Assembly: GCA_017513085.1 (NCBI GenBank)
Contig: JAFWDK010000012.1
Span: 8,310-72,309, forward strand
Direction of reading: 5' to 3'
Length of the DNA stretch: 64,000 nt
From: Clostridiales bacterium
GTDB lineage: Bacteria; Bacillota; Clostridia; Saccharofermentanales; Saccharofermentanaceae
The first letter of the stretch is position 1. Every line of letters starts with the position of its first letter. The position numbers were made by a program, and so were the translations under genes. This document shows, piece by piece, positions 19,382-29,822 of the stretch. The notes below the pieces were generated by a model. It had not been told where the DNA came from. It did not search any database and worked only from the letters and a program-made list of their open reading frames with translations.

Positions 19382-20005
19382 ATGTATTATTTATCTAGGA
19401 TCATTCTTGATGATACAAATAGAAAGGTGATGGAAGGATTTGCTAGACCATCACTTTTCCATGGAGCCGTAGAAAGAAGCATAGACGGTCCGCGAAAACG
19501 AAACATATGGAGAATTGACAGGTTCAAAGGCAAATCCTGTCTGCTATTGGTAACGTCTGAAAAACCGGATTTGAGTTCAATTCAGAAAGAGTTTGGATAT
19601 GAAAATGTGCAGCCGGAGATTAAAGAATATGATGCTTTTCTCCAGAAACTATCATGCGGACAGATATGGAGGTTCAGAATTAAGTTGAACCCGGTTGTGA
19701 ATCGTGATTCTAAGAGGATCCCTATTAAATCGTCTCAAATGAAAGACTGGTTTATGGGAAAAGTGGAATCATACGGATTCACAGTCAATTCAGATGGTTT
19801 TGATATAGTTGACTTGCGAGATTATGATTTCCATAAGAATGGCGAATCATATCTTAAAAAGGAACCAAAAGTAAGATTTAAAACCGTAACGTTCGAAGGT
19901 ATTCTGACTATAACGGACTCCGAAAAAATCAAGAGTGCCTTGGTCACCGGCATTGGAAAAGAAAAAGCTTTCGGATGCGGTTTGCTCACACTTGCGGGTT
20001 TGTAA
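19382..20005 (+). CDS. cas6e: crRNA endoribonuclease Cas6e (CasE/Cse3)
   Basis: 'YLSRI', 'FRIKLNP', Gly-rich C-terminal 'GIGKEKAFGCGLLTL'. Confidence 0.95.
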   Translation: MYYLSRIILDDTNRKVMEGFARPSLFHGAVERSIDGPRKRNIWRIDRFKGKSCLLLVTSEKPDLSSIQKEFGYENVQPEIKEYDAFLQKLSCGQIWRFRIKLNPVVNRDSKRIPIKSSQMKDWFMGKVESYGFTVNSDGFDIVDLRDYDFHKNGESYLKKEPKVRFKTVTFEGILTITDSEKIKSALVTGIGKEKAFGCGLLTLAGL

Positions 20006-20006
20006 T

Positions 20007-20951
20007 ATGGATACATATAATACAAAACCAGAATTGCAATCCTTAGTTCCTGTAAATGACAGGATGAGTTTTTTGTATGTTGAAAAATGTAATGTCAATC
20101 GTGAGTCTGGTGCTATATCATTTACGAATAAAGAAGGGCAGATCAATGTTCCAGCTTCATCCATTTCTGTTCTGTTACTAGGCCCTGGATGTGACATATC
20201 ACATAGAGCTTTGGAGCTTATAGCTGATTCAGGAACATCTGTTGTGTGGGTGGGGGAGCATGGTGTCAGATATTACTGCCATGGTCGACCTTTAACCCGG
20301 ACCTCTTCGTTGCTTATAAAACAGGCTACTATGGTCTCGAATGAAAGAAAGCGACTTGATGTTGCTCGTAAAATGTACGCAATGAGATTCCCAGGGGAGG
20401 ATATTTCCAAGATGACATTAGCCCAGTTGAGAGGCAGAGAAGGCGCACGGGTTAGGAGAGTTTACAGAGAATTTGCTCATAAGTTTGGTGTTCCCTGGAA
20501 TGGACGCGAATATGATCCAGAGGACTTTAACAATTCTAATGAGATTAACAAAGCTCTTTCTGCCGCCAACATCTGTTTATATGGTCTAGCGCATAGTGTA
20601 ATTGCGGCACTAGGACTATCTCCGGGCTTGGGCTTTATTCACACTGGCCATGAAAGATCATTTGTCTATGATCTTGCTGATTTATATAAGGCAGAAATAT
20701 CTATTCCAATTTCATTCCAAACGGTAGCGGAGACCCCGTCTGATATTGAATCTGCAGTTAGACACAAAATGAGAGACTGCTTTTATTCAACAAAAGTTTT
20801 GAGACGGATGGTTGCGGACATATATACTATTTTATCGGAGAATGAAGAAGAAACTAGTGTAGAGGTGGATGTGTTGAAATTATGGGATAACAAACAGGGT
20901 GAGGTTGATTCCGGGAAGCAGTATTCCTGTGATGAAGAAGATATAAAATGA
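20007..20951 (+). CDS. cas1: Cas1 integrase (type I-E)
   Basis: 'DRMSFLYVE', 'LLGPG', 'LRGREGARVR', 'LGFIHTG..SFVYDLADLYK'. Confidence 0.97.
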   Translation: MDTYNTKPELQSLVPVNDRMSFLYVEKCNVNRESGAISFTNKEGQINVPASSISVLLLGPGCDISHRALELIADSGTSVVWVGEHGVRYYCHGRPLTRTSSLLIKQATMVSNERKRLDVARKMYAMRFPGEDISKMTLAQLRGREGARVRRVYREFAHKFGVPWNGREYDPEDFNNSNEINKALSAANICLYGLAHSVIAALGLSPGLGFIHTGHERSFVYDLADLYKAEISIPISFQTVAETPSDIESAVRHKMRDCFYSTKVLRRMVADIYTILSENEEETSVEVDVLKLWDNKQGEVDSGKQYSCDEEDIK

Positions 20952-21799
20952 TTGTATTATCTCTGTCAAAATGTTCTGCTTCTTTGAGAGGTGATTTGAC
21001 CAAATGGTTGATGGAAATAGATACTGGAGTCTATGTTGGACGAGTTTCTGCTCGAGTCAGAGATCATTTATGGAAGAAGGTTGAAAACAATATAGGAGAA
21101 GGTCGTGCTATTCTCGTGTTCAGCGCACAGAACGAGCAAGGCTTTGATATAAAGACAATTAATTCAGAAAGATATCCTATTGATTGTGACGGACTTAAGT
21201 TAATGATGATACCTGCTAAGGAACCTCTCAAAGAAAGGAAGATTCATCAAACGAGAATCAAGAAAGCAAGTAGTAACCCAACAACGAAGTATCCAGCAAA
21301 TTCCTATGTGGTGCTTGACATAGAAACAACAGGCCTTGATAAAACAAGCGATAGAATCATCGAGTTTGCTTGCTTATCTGTAAGCAGAGATGAGATTACT
21401 AAAGAGTTGCATGGATTTATAAAACATGAGCAACCTCTTTCCGATATGATAGTCAATTTAACAGGAATTACAGATGAAATGATTAATGGAGGAATGGATG
21501 AAAAAAGAGCATTAACAGATATATTAGACTTTATAGGACAAGAGTCTATTGTTATTCACAATGCCGAGTTTGACATTGGTTTTTTAAATGCAGCTTTACT
21601 TAGACACAACATGCCTCTCCTTTCAAATGTGTGTGTAGATACGCTAAAAATGGCAAGAAGGAGAGTTAAGGATGTAGAAAACTATAAGCTTGACACCCTA
21701 ATTAAGCGTTTCTCATTAACTGCTCGGAAAAAACATAGAGCGTTAAGTGATTGTCATATAACATATGAGTTGTACAAAAGATTAATTGAAATCGTATAA
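20948..21799 (+). CDS. cas2: Cas2 fused to a DnaQ-like DEDDh 3'-5' exonuclease
   Basis: N-terminal I-E Cas2 ('LRGDLTKW..EIDTGVYVGRVSARVRD.LW'). C-terminal 'VLDIETTG', 'HNAEFD' and 'HRALSD' give intact DEDDh residues. Confidence 0.95.
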   Translation: MIVLSLSKCSASLRGDLTKWLMEIDTGVYVGRVSARVRDHLWKKVENNIGEGRAILVFSAQNEQGFDIKTINSERYPIDCDGLKLMMIPAKEPLKERKIHQTRIKKASSNPTTKYPANSYVVLDIETTGLDKTSDRIIEFACLSVSRDEITKELHGFIKHEQPLSDMIVNLTGITDEMINGGMDEKRALTDILDFIGQESIVIHNAEFDIGFLNAALLRHNMPLLSNVCVDTLKMARRRVKDVENYKLDTLIKRFSLTARKKHRALSDCHITYELYKRLIEIV

Positions 21800-21850
21800 A
21801 AACGAACCTTGACAATTAAATATTCCCCATTTTTATGGTATTATTCAAGT
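21800..21850 (+). promoter_or_regulatory. Short CRISPR leader with extended -10
   Basis: 51 bp, AT-rich; TGgTATTAT at 21836-21844 lies 6 bp before repeat 1; TTGACA at 21809. Confidence 0.6.
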
Positions 21851-23403
<1,553 letters not shown>

Positions 23404-23795
23404 TGACCTTTGGAGATGAACAGCTGTTTCCTGCGAGAAAAACGTAGTTTGAAACATTTTGAATGACACATATAAGCCATGACTGCACAAGCTCATTCAA
23501 AACGACAAATCTCTTATATTGTTACCATGGATCTTGTGAAAAAGCCTGCAGAAGCAATGTATGCCTTGCTAAACAATAGTTATAGTTCGCATTACAATTT
23601 TCGTATCTAAGTTTGCAAAAAATCAGGAACTTGTTTATGACAGAAGCGGGATAGACGAGACATTGATTACTGCAGAATGGACGTGAGAAAGATTGAATAT
23701 AATATATGAATATCCATGGTATTTGCTTAGGTTGCACATATATCCCTGAATAGTTAGAATTAGTATTAGAAATACAATTCTGCTGGGGGATGCAT

Positions 23796-25688
23796 ATGCT
23801 TGTCTATTCTGGAATCAAAACGGATTTTATGCGTGATGTAGATGACGGTGTTCTTGCGGGGAAAATCAAGCAGACTATCCTTGAGAAGATGGGGAGAAGG
23901 ACGCCGGATAGTGAGTTCCGTTCTTGGGAGAATTCCATGAAGGATATGTTTATTGTGATGAGTGATTCTCAGATCCCTGAAGATTCCGGTGTGGCGATTG
24001 AATATAACATTCCGCAGACGGCGAAGCGTGTGGACTTTATTATATCCGGTTATGACAAAGACAACCGTCCTTCCATTGTGGTGATTGAACTCAAGCAGTG
24101 GGAGATGCTCAAGGCTATTGCAGGGATGGATGCTTTGGTAGAGACATATACGGGTGGAGCAAATAGAAGAGTGGTACACCCGTCTTATCAGGCCTGGTCA
24201 TATGCGCAGCTGATCAAAGACTATAACTCTACAGTCCAGGATAAAGAGATTCAGATCTGGCCTTGCGCATATTTGCATAACTATGCACGTAAAGAAGACG
24301 ATCCAATCGATAGTGAGTGGTACGATGAGTACCAGAAAGAAGCCCCTGCATTTACAAAAGGTCAGAACGCTAAGCTGCGTGAGTATATCAAGAAAAGCAT
24401 TGTAAAAGGCGACAGCAAAGAAGTTCTTTACTATCTTGAGAATGGAAAGATACGTCCTTCCAAGAGCCTGCAGGATTCCATCGGAAAGATGTTGAAAGGT
24501 AATCCTGAGTTCATCATGATCGATGAACAGAAAGTGGTATACGAAGAAGTAGTTCGGCTATCAGAGCTTTGCCAGAAAGATAATAAGAAAAGGACGATTA
24601 TCTGTCAGGGCGGCCCGGGAACCGGAAAGACGGTTATTGCTGTAAATCTTCTTGCAGAACTGACGCAAAGAGGACAGATGGTCCAGTATGTATCTAAGAA
24701 TGCTGCGCCTCGTCAAGTCTATCTTCGAAAGTTGAAGGGGACTTATTCAAAGAGTAGCGTCAATAATATGTTCAAAGGTTCCGGCCAGTATTTTGAGGCG
24801 CCTGAAAACTTTGCGGGGACACTGTTGGTGGATGAGGCACACCGATTAAATGAGAAATCCGGAATCTACCATAACAACGGAGAGAATCAGATAAAAGAAC
24901 TGATCCATTCCTGTCTGTGTAGTGTTTTCTTTATTGACGAAGATCAGCGTGTGACGATGGATGATATCGGCAGCATTGACCAGATAAAACGATGGGCAAG
25001 AGAGGCGGATTCTCAGGTATATGAGATGGAGCTGGTTTCTCAGTTCCGTTGCAATGGTTCGAATGGTTATATGGCATGGCTGGACGATGTTCTTCAGATC
25101 CGTGAAACGGCAAATCCGGATCTGGATGGATTGGATTTTGATATCCGCATCTGTGATACTCCGGGTGAAGTGCGTGATCTGATTTTTGAGAAGAACAGAA
25201 GCACAAACCGCGCGCGTATCCTTGCGGGTTATTGCTGGAATTGGAATAAGAAAGAAGCAAACAACACGGATTATCATGACATAAAGATCGGAGACTTCGA
25301 AATGAGTTGGAATCTTGACGGCGGAGAACCTTTTGCTGTATCGGATACGTCTGTGAATGAGATCGGATGCATTCATACATCACAGGGCCTGGAGTTTGAT
25401 TATGTCGGCGTAATAATCGGCGAGGATATCCGCTATGAGGATGGTAAAGTCATTACCGACTTCTCGAAACGCGCTCAAACTGATCAGTCACTTCGAGGAA
25501 TCAAGAAACTGAATAAGGAAAATCCTGAAGAAGCACGGGAGCGTGCAGATCAGATTATCCGGAATACATACCGAACACTTCTGACACGCGGAATGAAAGG
25601 TTGCTATATCTACTGTGTGGACTCGGAGTTGGAACGGTATCTGAAAGAAAGAATAAACGCATATAACTCGAAGAAGGTGAATACATGA
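23796..25688 (+). CDS. DUF2075 (Schlafen group 3-like) helicase with N-terminal PD-(D/E)XK-like nuclease
   Basis: 'EYNIP..KRVDFII..VIELKQW', 'HPSYQA', Walker A GGPGTGKT, 'LVDEAHRL', 'QFRCNG', 'HTSQGLEFDYVGV', 'YRTLLTRG'. Confidence 0.88.
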   Translation: MLVYSGIKTDFMRDVDDGVLAGKIKQTILEKMGRRTPDSEFRSWENSMKDMFIVMSDSQIPEDSGVAIEYNIPQTAKRVDFIISGYDKDNRPSIVVIELKQWEMLKAIAGMDALVETYTGGANRRVVHPSYQAWSYAQLIKDYNSTVQDKEIQIWPCAYLHNYARKEDDPIDSEWYDEYQKEAPAFTKGQNAKLREYIKKSIVKGDSKEVLYYLENGKIRPSKSLQDSIGKMLKGNPEFIMIDEQKVVYEEVVRLSELCQKDNKKRTIICQGGPGTGKTVIAVNLLAELTQRGQMVQYVSKNAAPRQVYLRKLKGTYSKSSVNNMFKGSGQYFEAPENFAGTLLVDEAHRLNEKSGIYHNNGENQIKELIHSCLCSVFFIDEDQRVTMDDIGSIDQIKRWAREADSQVYEMELVSQFRCNGSNGYMAWLDDVLQIRETANPDLDGLDFDIRICDTPGEVRDLIFEKNRSTNRARILAGYCWNWNKKEANNTDYHDIKIGDFEMSWNLDGGEPFAVSDTSVNEIGCIHTSQGLEFDYVGVIIGEDIRYEDGKVITDFSKRAQTDQSLRGIKKLNKENPEEARERADQIIRNTYRTLLTRGMKGCYIYCVDSELERYLKERINAYNSKKVNT

Positions 25689-26005
25689 ATGATCAGACGA
25701 TAGCAAGGATTAGAAAGTTTAAAGAAGAACGGGATTGGGATAAGTTTCATACTCCGGCAAATCTCGCGAAATCCATATCCATCGAAGCAAATGAACTACT
25801 CGAGTGCTTTCAGTGGAGCGATACGGAATACAATCTCCAGCATGTGAAAGAAGAACTGGCGGATGTGCTTGTTTATTGCCGAGACTTGCTCGATAAACTC
25901 GGACTGGACGAAGACGAAATCGTCAATATGAAGATGGATCAGAATGAAGCGAAGTATCCGGCTGACAAGGCTAGAGGAAATAGTACAAAGTATGACGAGC
26001 TGTGA
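25685..26005 (+). CDS. MazG-like nucleotide pyrophosphohydrolase (dCTPase-like)
   Basis: 'ERDWDKFHTPANLAKSISIEANELLECFQW..EELADV..KYP'; ATGA overlap with the upstream gene. Confidence 0.92.
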   Translation: MNDQTIARIRKFKEERDWDKFHTPANLAKSISIEANELLECFQWSDTEYNLQHVKEELADVLVYCRDLLDKLGLDEDEIVNMKMDQNEAKYPADKARGNSTKYDEL

Positions 26006-26250
26006 ATGGTGAATCTCAGCTTAGTTGGTGAGAATAAGTGAAAACTATATAGTGCATGCTTTGGGGGAGTAAATGCGTCGTAGAGTTGAAATAGGTGTAA
26101 ATGATTTAGCGACATGGTGTAAAACACATAACACCTAATTGATGAGTTGGATTCAGCTAACGAATTTCAAAAAGGGAAGCAGTTCAATGAAATGACATAT
26201 TATCAGTTCTAGCCATGCTTTTTCAAAATGCATGGTTTCAGGGAGAATAC

Positions 26251-27231
26251 ATGAGATTTGAAATTACAACATCATATGGAAAAGGAAATATTCAGGCTAT
26301 TGCTATAAGTAAGAAATTAAACGATTTGCAGATTTCTGAGGGAGAAAATGTTGTTTTTGATTTTCAAAAGTATAAAGAAAAGAATCCGTTTAGCAATCTC
26401 TTGTTAATCAATTCGATTAGACGATTTCGCAAAAGATTTCCTGAGTCTGAGATGAGGTGCTCATATGTTGAGGATGGAGGGTATTTATCTCACATTGGAT
26501 TTTTTAAGAAATTGGGGCTGAATATCGGAAATGAACCAGGAGCAGCTCATGCAAATTCGAGGTATGTTCCTATAACTGATATTATATTAGAAAACGACTT
26601 TTATGGGAGTATTGAAGATATTGCTAAGCGACTAACGAATACACTCCAATTTGATGATGATCTTCAAGAAACATCTGAGTATGTTCTGATTGAGACGATT
26701 CGCAATGTATTTGAACATGCTGGCGTGAAAGAGGTTTCAGTTGCCGCGCAGAAATGGCCGACAAAGAATCTTGTGGAAATTGCAATTATGGACACAGGTT
26801 GTGGAATAGTTGGCAGTATGGGGAAAAAGTATTCTCTTAACGAGGTTGAACTGTTGAAGTATGCTTGTAAGCCTGGTATTACAACAGGATCGAATTTTAC
26901 ATATTTAGATCTGGATGATCCATGGAGGAATTCAGGGTATGGGTTATACATGTTAAAAGAGTTAACACTCGAATACAATGGATCGTTTATTATCTGTAGT
27001 GGAGATAAGGCTGTTAGATACAGAAAGAAAGACAAACAAATAGAAGAAAAGGTTTTTTCTGCTGGCTGCGAAGGTACGATTATCTGTTTGCGGTTTTCTA
27101 CAGAACAACAACCTTCTTTCTCGGAGGTCCGAAAGAGAATCCTAAAGAGTGGCGAAGACGAAGCGAAGAGAATTGCAGGTGCGATTCAAAAGGCGTCAAG
27201 GTCTTCGGGAGGAAGATATATTATTTCTTGA
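26251..27231 (+). CDS. Stand-alone GHKL/HATPase_c ATP-binding protein with STAS-like N-terminus
   Basis: N box 'ETIRNVFEHAG', G1 'DTGCGI', G2 'NSGYGLY', 'GT'; no H-box or TM segment; N-terminal 'VVFDF..YLSHIGFFK'. Confidence 0.7.
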   Translation: MRFEITTSYGKGNIQAIAISKKLNDLQISEGENVVFDFQKYKEKNPFSNLLLINSIRRFRKRFPESEMRCSYVEDGGYLSHIGFFKKLGLNIGNEPGAAHANSRYVPITDIILENDFYGSIEDIAKRLTNTLQFDDDLQETSEYVLIETIRNVFEHAGVKEVSVAAQKWPTKNLVEIAIMDTGCGIVGSMGKKYSLNEVELLKYACKPGITTGSNFTYLDLDDPWRNSGYGLYMLKELTLEYNGSFIICSGDKAVRYRKKDKQIEEKVFSAGCEGTIICLRFSTEQQPSFSEVRKRILKSGEDEAKRIAGAIQKASRSSGGRYIIS

Positions 27232-27386
27232 TGAAATAATGTTGGATAAAGATGCTGTGGATTTTGGCTCGCTGATTGTTAATCAAAGCTGGTAATGATT
27301 CAAGTGAGATACAGCTCGTTCTGTACAGACATATGGTGTTTGTATGGGCTCAAACAATAAAATCTAGGATTGGTAGGTTATAGAAG

Positions 27387-27755
27387 ATGGACACAAATCA
27401 AGCGATACAGATCATACACGACAACTACAAGTGTGAGGGAAACAGCTTCATATACTATCTCCATGAGAAAAGTACTTTTGACACGGAAGGGTTCTGGGCG
27501 TTCTATGATAGTGTTGTGGCGTTGGTGGAGCGTGAGGAGTTGAAGACTGCGGAGTTGACCAGGGAGATCACGGGTGTCTACCAGTTGATACTGAAGTATT
27601 TTGTGTTCCATTTTGATCCGGCGGACGGGTATGTGATCGCGGGGTTCCCGAAGGAGTATATCGGGTACATTGAGAGGGTCGAGTATGCTTTGATGGCGTA
27701 CTATAGTGGGAATATGAGGCTTGTGATAGAGGACGACTTTGAGTTGGAGAGGTAA
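27387..27755 (+). CDS. Putative Imm41-like immunity protein
   Basis: 'NSFIYYLHE..FD..FW..HFDPAD.Y.I..P..YIERV' resembles polymorphic-toxin immunity family Imm41 (from memory). Confidence 0.55.
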   Translation: MDTNQAIQIIHDNYKCEGNSFIYYLHEKSTFDTEGFWAFYDSVVALVEREELKTAELTREITGVYQLILKYFVFHFDPADGYVIAGFPKEYIGYIERVEYALMAYYSGNMRLVIEDDFELER

Positions 27756-27758
27756 CGC

Positions 27759-28325
27759 ATGAACGAGGTTTTGGTGGATGAGGCGATTGGGTTCATCCGG
27801 GGATTGTTTGCAAACAGGAGTGATGGGCATGATGTGGAGCATTCGTTGAGGGTGTACCGGAATGCGAAGAAGATCGCTTCGTGTGAGTGTGGTTTTGATG
27901 AAGAGGTCGTGGTGTTGGCGGCGTTGCTTCATGATGTGGACGATAGTAAGCTTTTTGAGACGAAGGACAATGCGAATGCCAGAGGTTTTCTGAATTCCGT
28001 GGGGATTTCGGCAGGGAAAATCGATAAGATCTGTGCGGTGATTAATTCCGTTTCTTTTTCGCATAACAGGGGGAGACGGCCGGATTCTGTTGAAGGGAAG
28101 ATCGTGCAGGATGCGGACCGACTTGATGCGATGGGGGCGATTGGGATCGCGAGGACGTATGCCTATGGGGGAAGCCATGGGCGGTCACTGGAGATGTCGA
28201 GGCAGCATTTTTACGATAAACTGTTGCTTTTGAAGGATGAGATGAATACGGAAAAGGGAAGGGAGCTGGCGCAGAGACGGCATGCTTTTCTGGAAGCTTT
28301 TCTGAATGAATTGGAGAATGAATGA
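27759..28325 (+). CDS. HD-domain phosphohydrolase (YedJ/YpgQ-like)
   Basis: 'GHDVEHSLRV', 'LLHDVDD', 'VQDADRLDAMGAIGIAR', 'HFYDKLL'. Confidence 0.9.
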   Translation: MNEVLVDEAIGFIRGLFANRSDGHDVEHSLRVYRNAKKIASCECGFDEEVVVLAALLHDVDDSKLFETKDNANARGFLNSVGISAGKIDKICAVINSVSFSHNRGRRPDSVEGKIVQDADRLDAMGAIGIARTYAYGGSHGRSLEMSRQHFYDKLLLLKDEMNTEKGRELAQRRHAFLEAFLNELENE

Positions 28326-28338
28326 GAGGAAAATATAC

Positions 28339-28851
28339 ATGAAAGTTATAAAAACGATTTTCGACGATTGTCTGGTCGTTGAACCGACGCAAAGAAACGA
28401 CGAAAGATGCGATATGGCGCTTCTGTATAGTCATGAGGGAGAGATGAAAGAGATCTTTCACGGATTTACGCTGACGGAGCAGCGCTTCTATCGGATGAGG
28501 AAGCATGCGTTTTTTGGGATCCATAAGGGGCCGCCGAGACTGGTCTGCATTATTGCGGGGAAGGGTCTGGATTATGTGGTCGATCTGAGGAAGGATTCGC
28601 CTACATATAAGCAGTACCAGACGATCGAACTGAGTGGTGATGCGCCGAAGATCGTCTTCATTCCTTCGGGGTTCGGTCATGCTTTTCTTTCTCTTGCAGA
28701 AGGTACGATCGAGGCTTTCGGCATGGATCTGGATGCGCCGTTTGAGAGGAGCGGGCCGGTCAACTATAAGTCTCCGGGAATCGACTTGAAACTTCCTGTT
28801 TCAGATGTGATCCTGGCGGACTATGACAGGGATGCGGCTATGTTAGAATAA
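28339..28851 (+). CDS. RmlC-like dTDP-sugar epimerase family (cupin) protein
   Basis: 'GIH', 'DYVVDLRKDSPTY', 'FIPSGFGHAF'. Confidence 0.75.
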   Translation: MKVIKTIFDDCLVVEPTQRNDERCDMALLYSHEGEMKEIFHGFTLTEQRFYRMRKHAFFGIHKGPPRLVCIIAGKGLDYVVDLRKDSPTYKQYQTIELSGDAPKIVFIPSGFGHAFLSLAEGTIEAFGMDLDAPFERSGPVNYKSPGIDLKLPVSDVILADYDRDAAMLE

Positions 28852-28870
28852 AATCGAGACTGTAAAAGAA

Positions 28871-29146
28871 ATGGAGAAAGTGCTTTTTGCCGTGGATGAA
28901 TTGACCGGACTGATCGGTGCCGCTGCGCTGATGCGGCCGTCGAAGAGCACGAAGGATATGGAGTTGAAGTCTTTGAAGAAAAAGTATAAGAGCAAAGGCT
29001 TCGCGGCGGGATGTTCTCGGGAAGTGATCGAGCGTGGTGCAGAGCAATTAGGGTGGGAGCTCGATAAGCTTCTGACGATGACGATTGCGGCGATGGCTGC
29101 GACGGAAGATGAGATCAACAGTAAGATGGAAAATCTAGATATTTAG
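28871..29146 (+). pseudogene. C-terminal fragment of an HD-superfamily hydrolase (COG2316-like)
   Basis: 'KVLFAVDELTGLI..RPSKS..LKKKYKSKGFAAGCSRE' is the C-terminal half; the N-terminal HD motif is absent. Confidence 0.6.
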
Positions 29147-29165
29147 TGTTCGGGAGGACTGAAAA

Positions 29166-29690
29166 ATGAACGAGACGATCAAAGTTTTAGAGAGCAGAAG
29201 AAGCTGCAGAAATTTTAAGCCGGATATGGTGAACGAGGAAGACCTGAAGGCGATCATCCGGGCCGGGACTTATGCTGCGACAGGCATGGGCAAGCAGAGC
29301 CCGATCATTATCGCGGTGACAGATAAGAAGCTTCGTGATGAGATCGCTGAGGAGAACAGAAAGATCGGCGGTTGGAGCGAGGGCTTCGATCCTTTCTATG
29401 GTGCGCCGGTCATCCTGATCGTTCTGGCGAAGAAGGATGTGGTTACGTACATTTACGATGGTTCTCTGGTAATGGGAAACTTGATGAATGCGGCGGAGAG
29501 TCTGGGTGTGGCGAGCATCTGGATCCATCGTGCCAAGGAAGAGTTTGAGTCGGAGTTCGGTAAAGCGATCCTGAAAAAACTCGATATTGAGGGCGAGTAC
29601 GAGGGTATCGGTCATTGTGCGCTCGGCTATGCGGCGGAACCGGCGAGAGAGGCGGCTGCGCGTAAAGCGGATTACGTTTATTATATTTGA
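29166..29690 (+). CDS. Nitroreductase family protein
   Basis: 'SRRSCRNF', 'FYGAPV', 'LMNAAESLGVASIWI', 'ALGY'. Confidence 0.92.
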   Translation: MNETIKVLESRRSCRNFKPDMVNEEDLKAIIRAGTYAATGMGKQSPIIIAVTDKKLRDEIAEENRKIGGWSEGFDPFYGAPVILIVLAKKDVVTYIYDGSLVMGNLMNAAESLGVASIWIHRAKEEFESEFGKAILKKLDIEGEYEGIGHCALGYAAEPAREAAARKADYVYYI

Positions 29691-29822
29691 CGGAACGCTG
29701 AGATTTGCGACTAAAAGAGCGGGAGGCTTTTCCATAGTCTTAGGGGATTACTTGCTGAATTTGTTCGCCTGGTAGTATTTTCGTGTATAATCGAGATAGT
29801 AATTTCGGGAGGAAGTCTTCGG

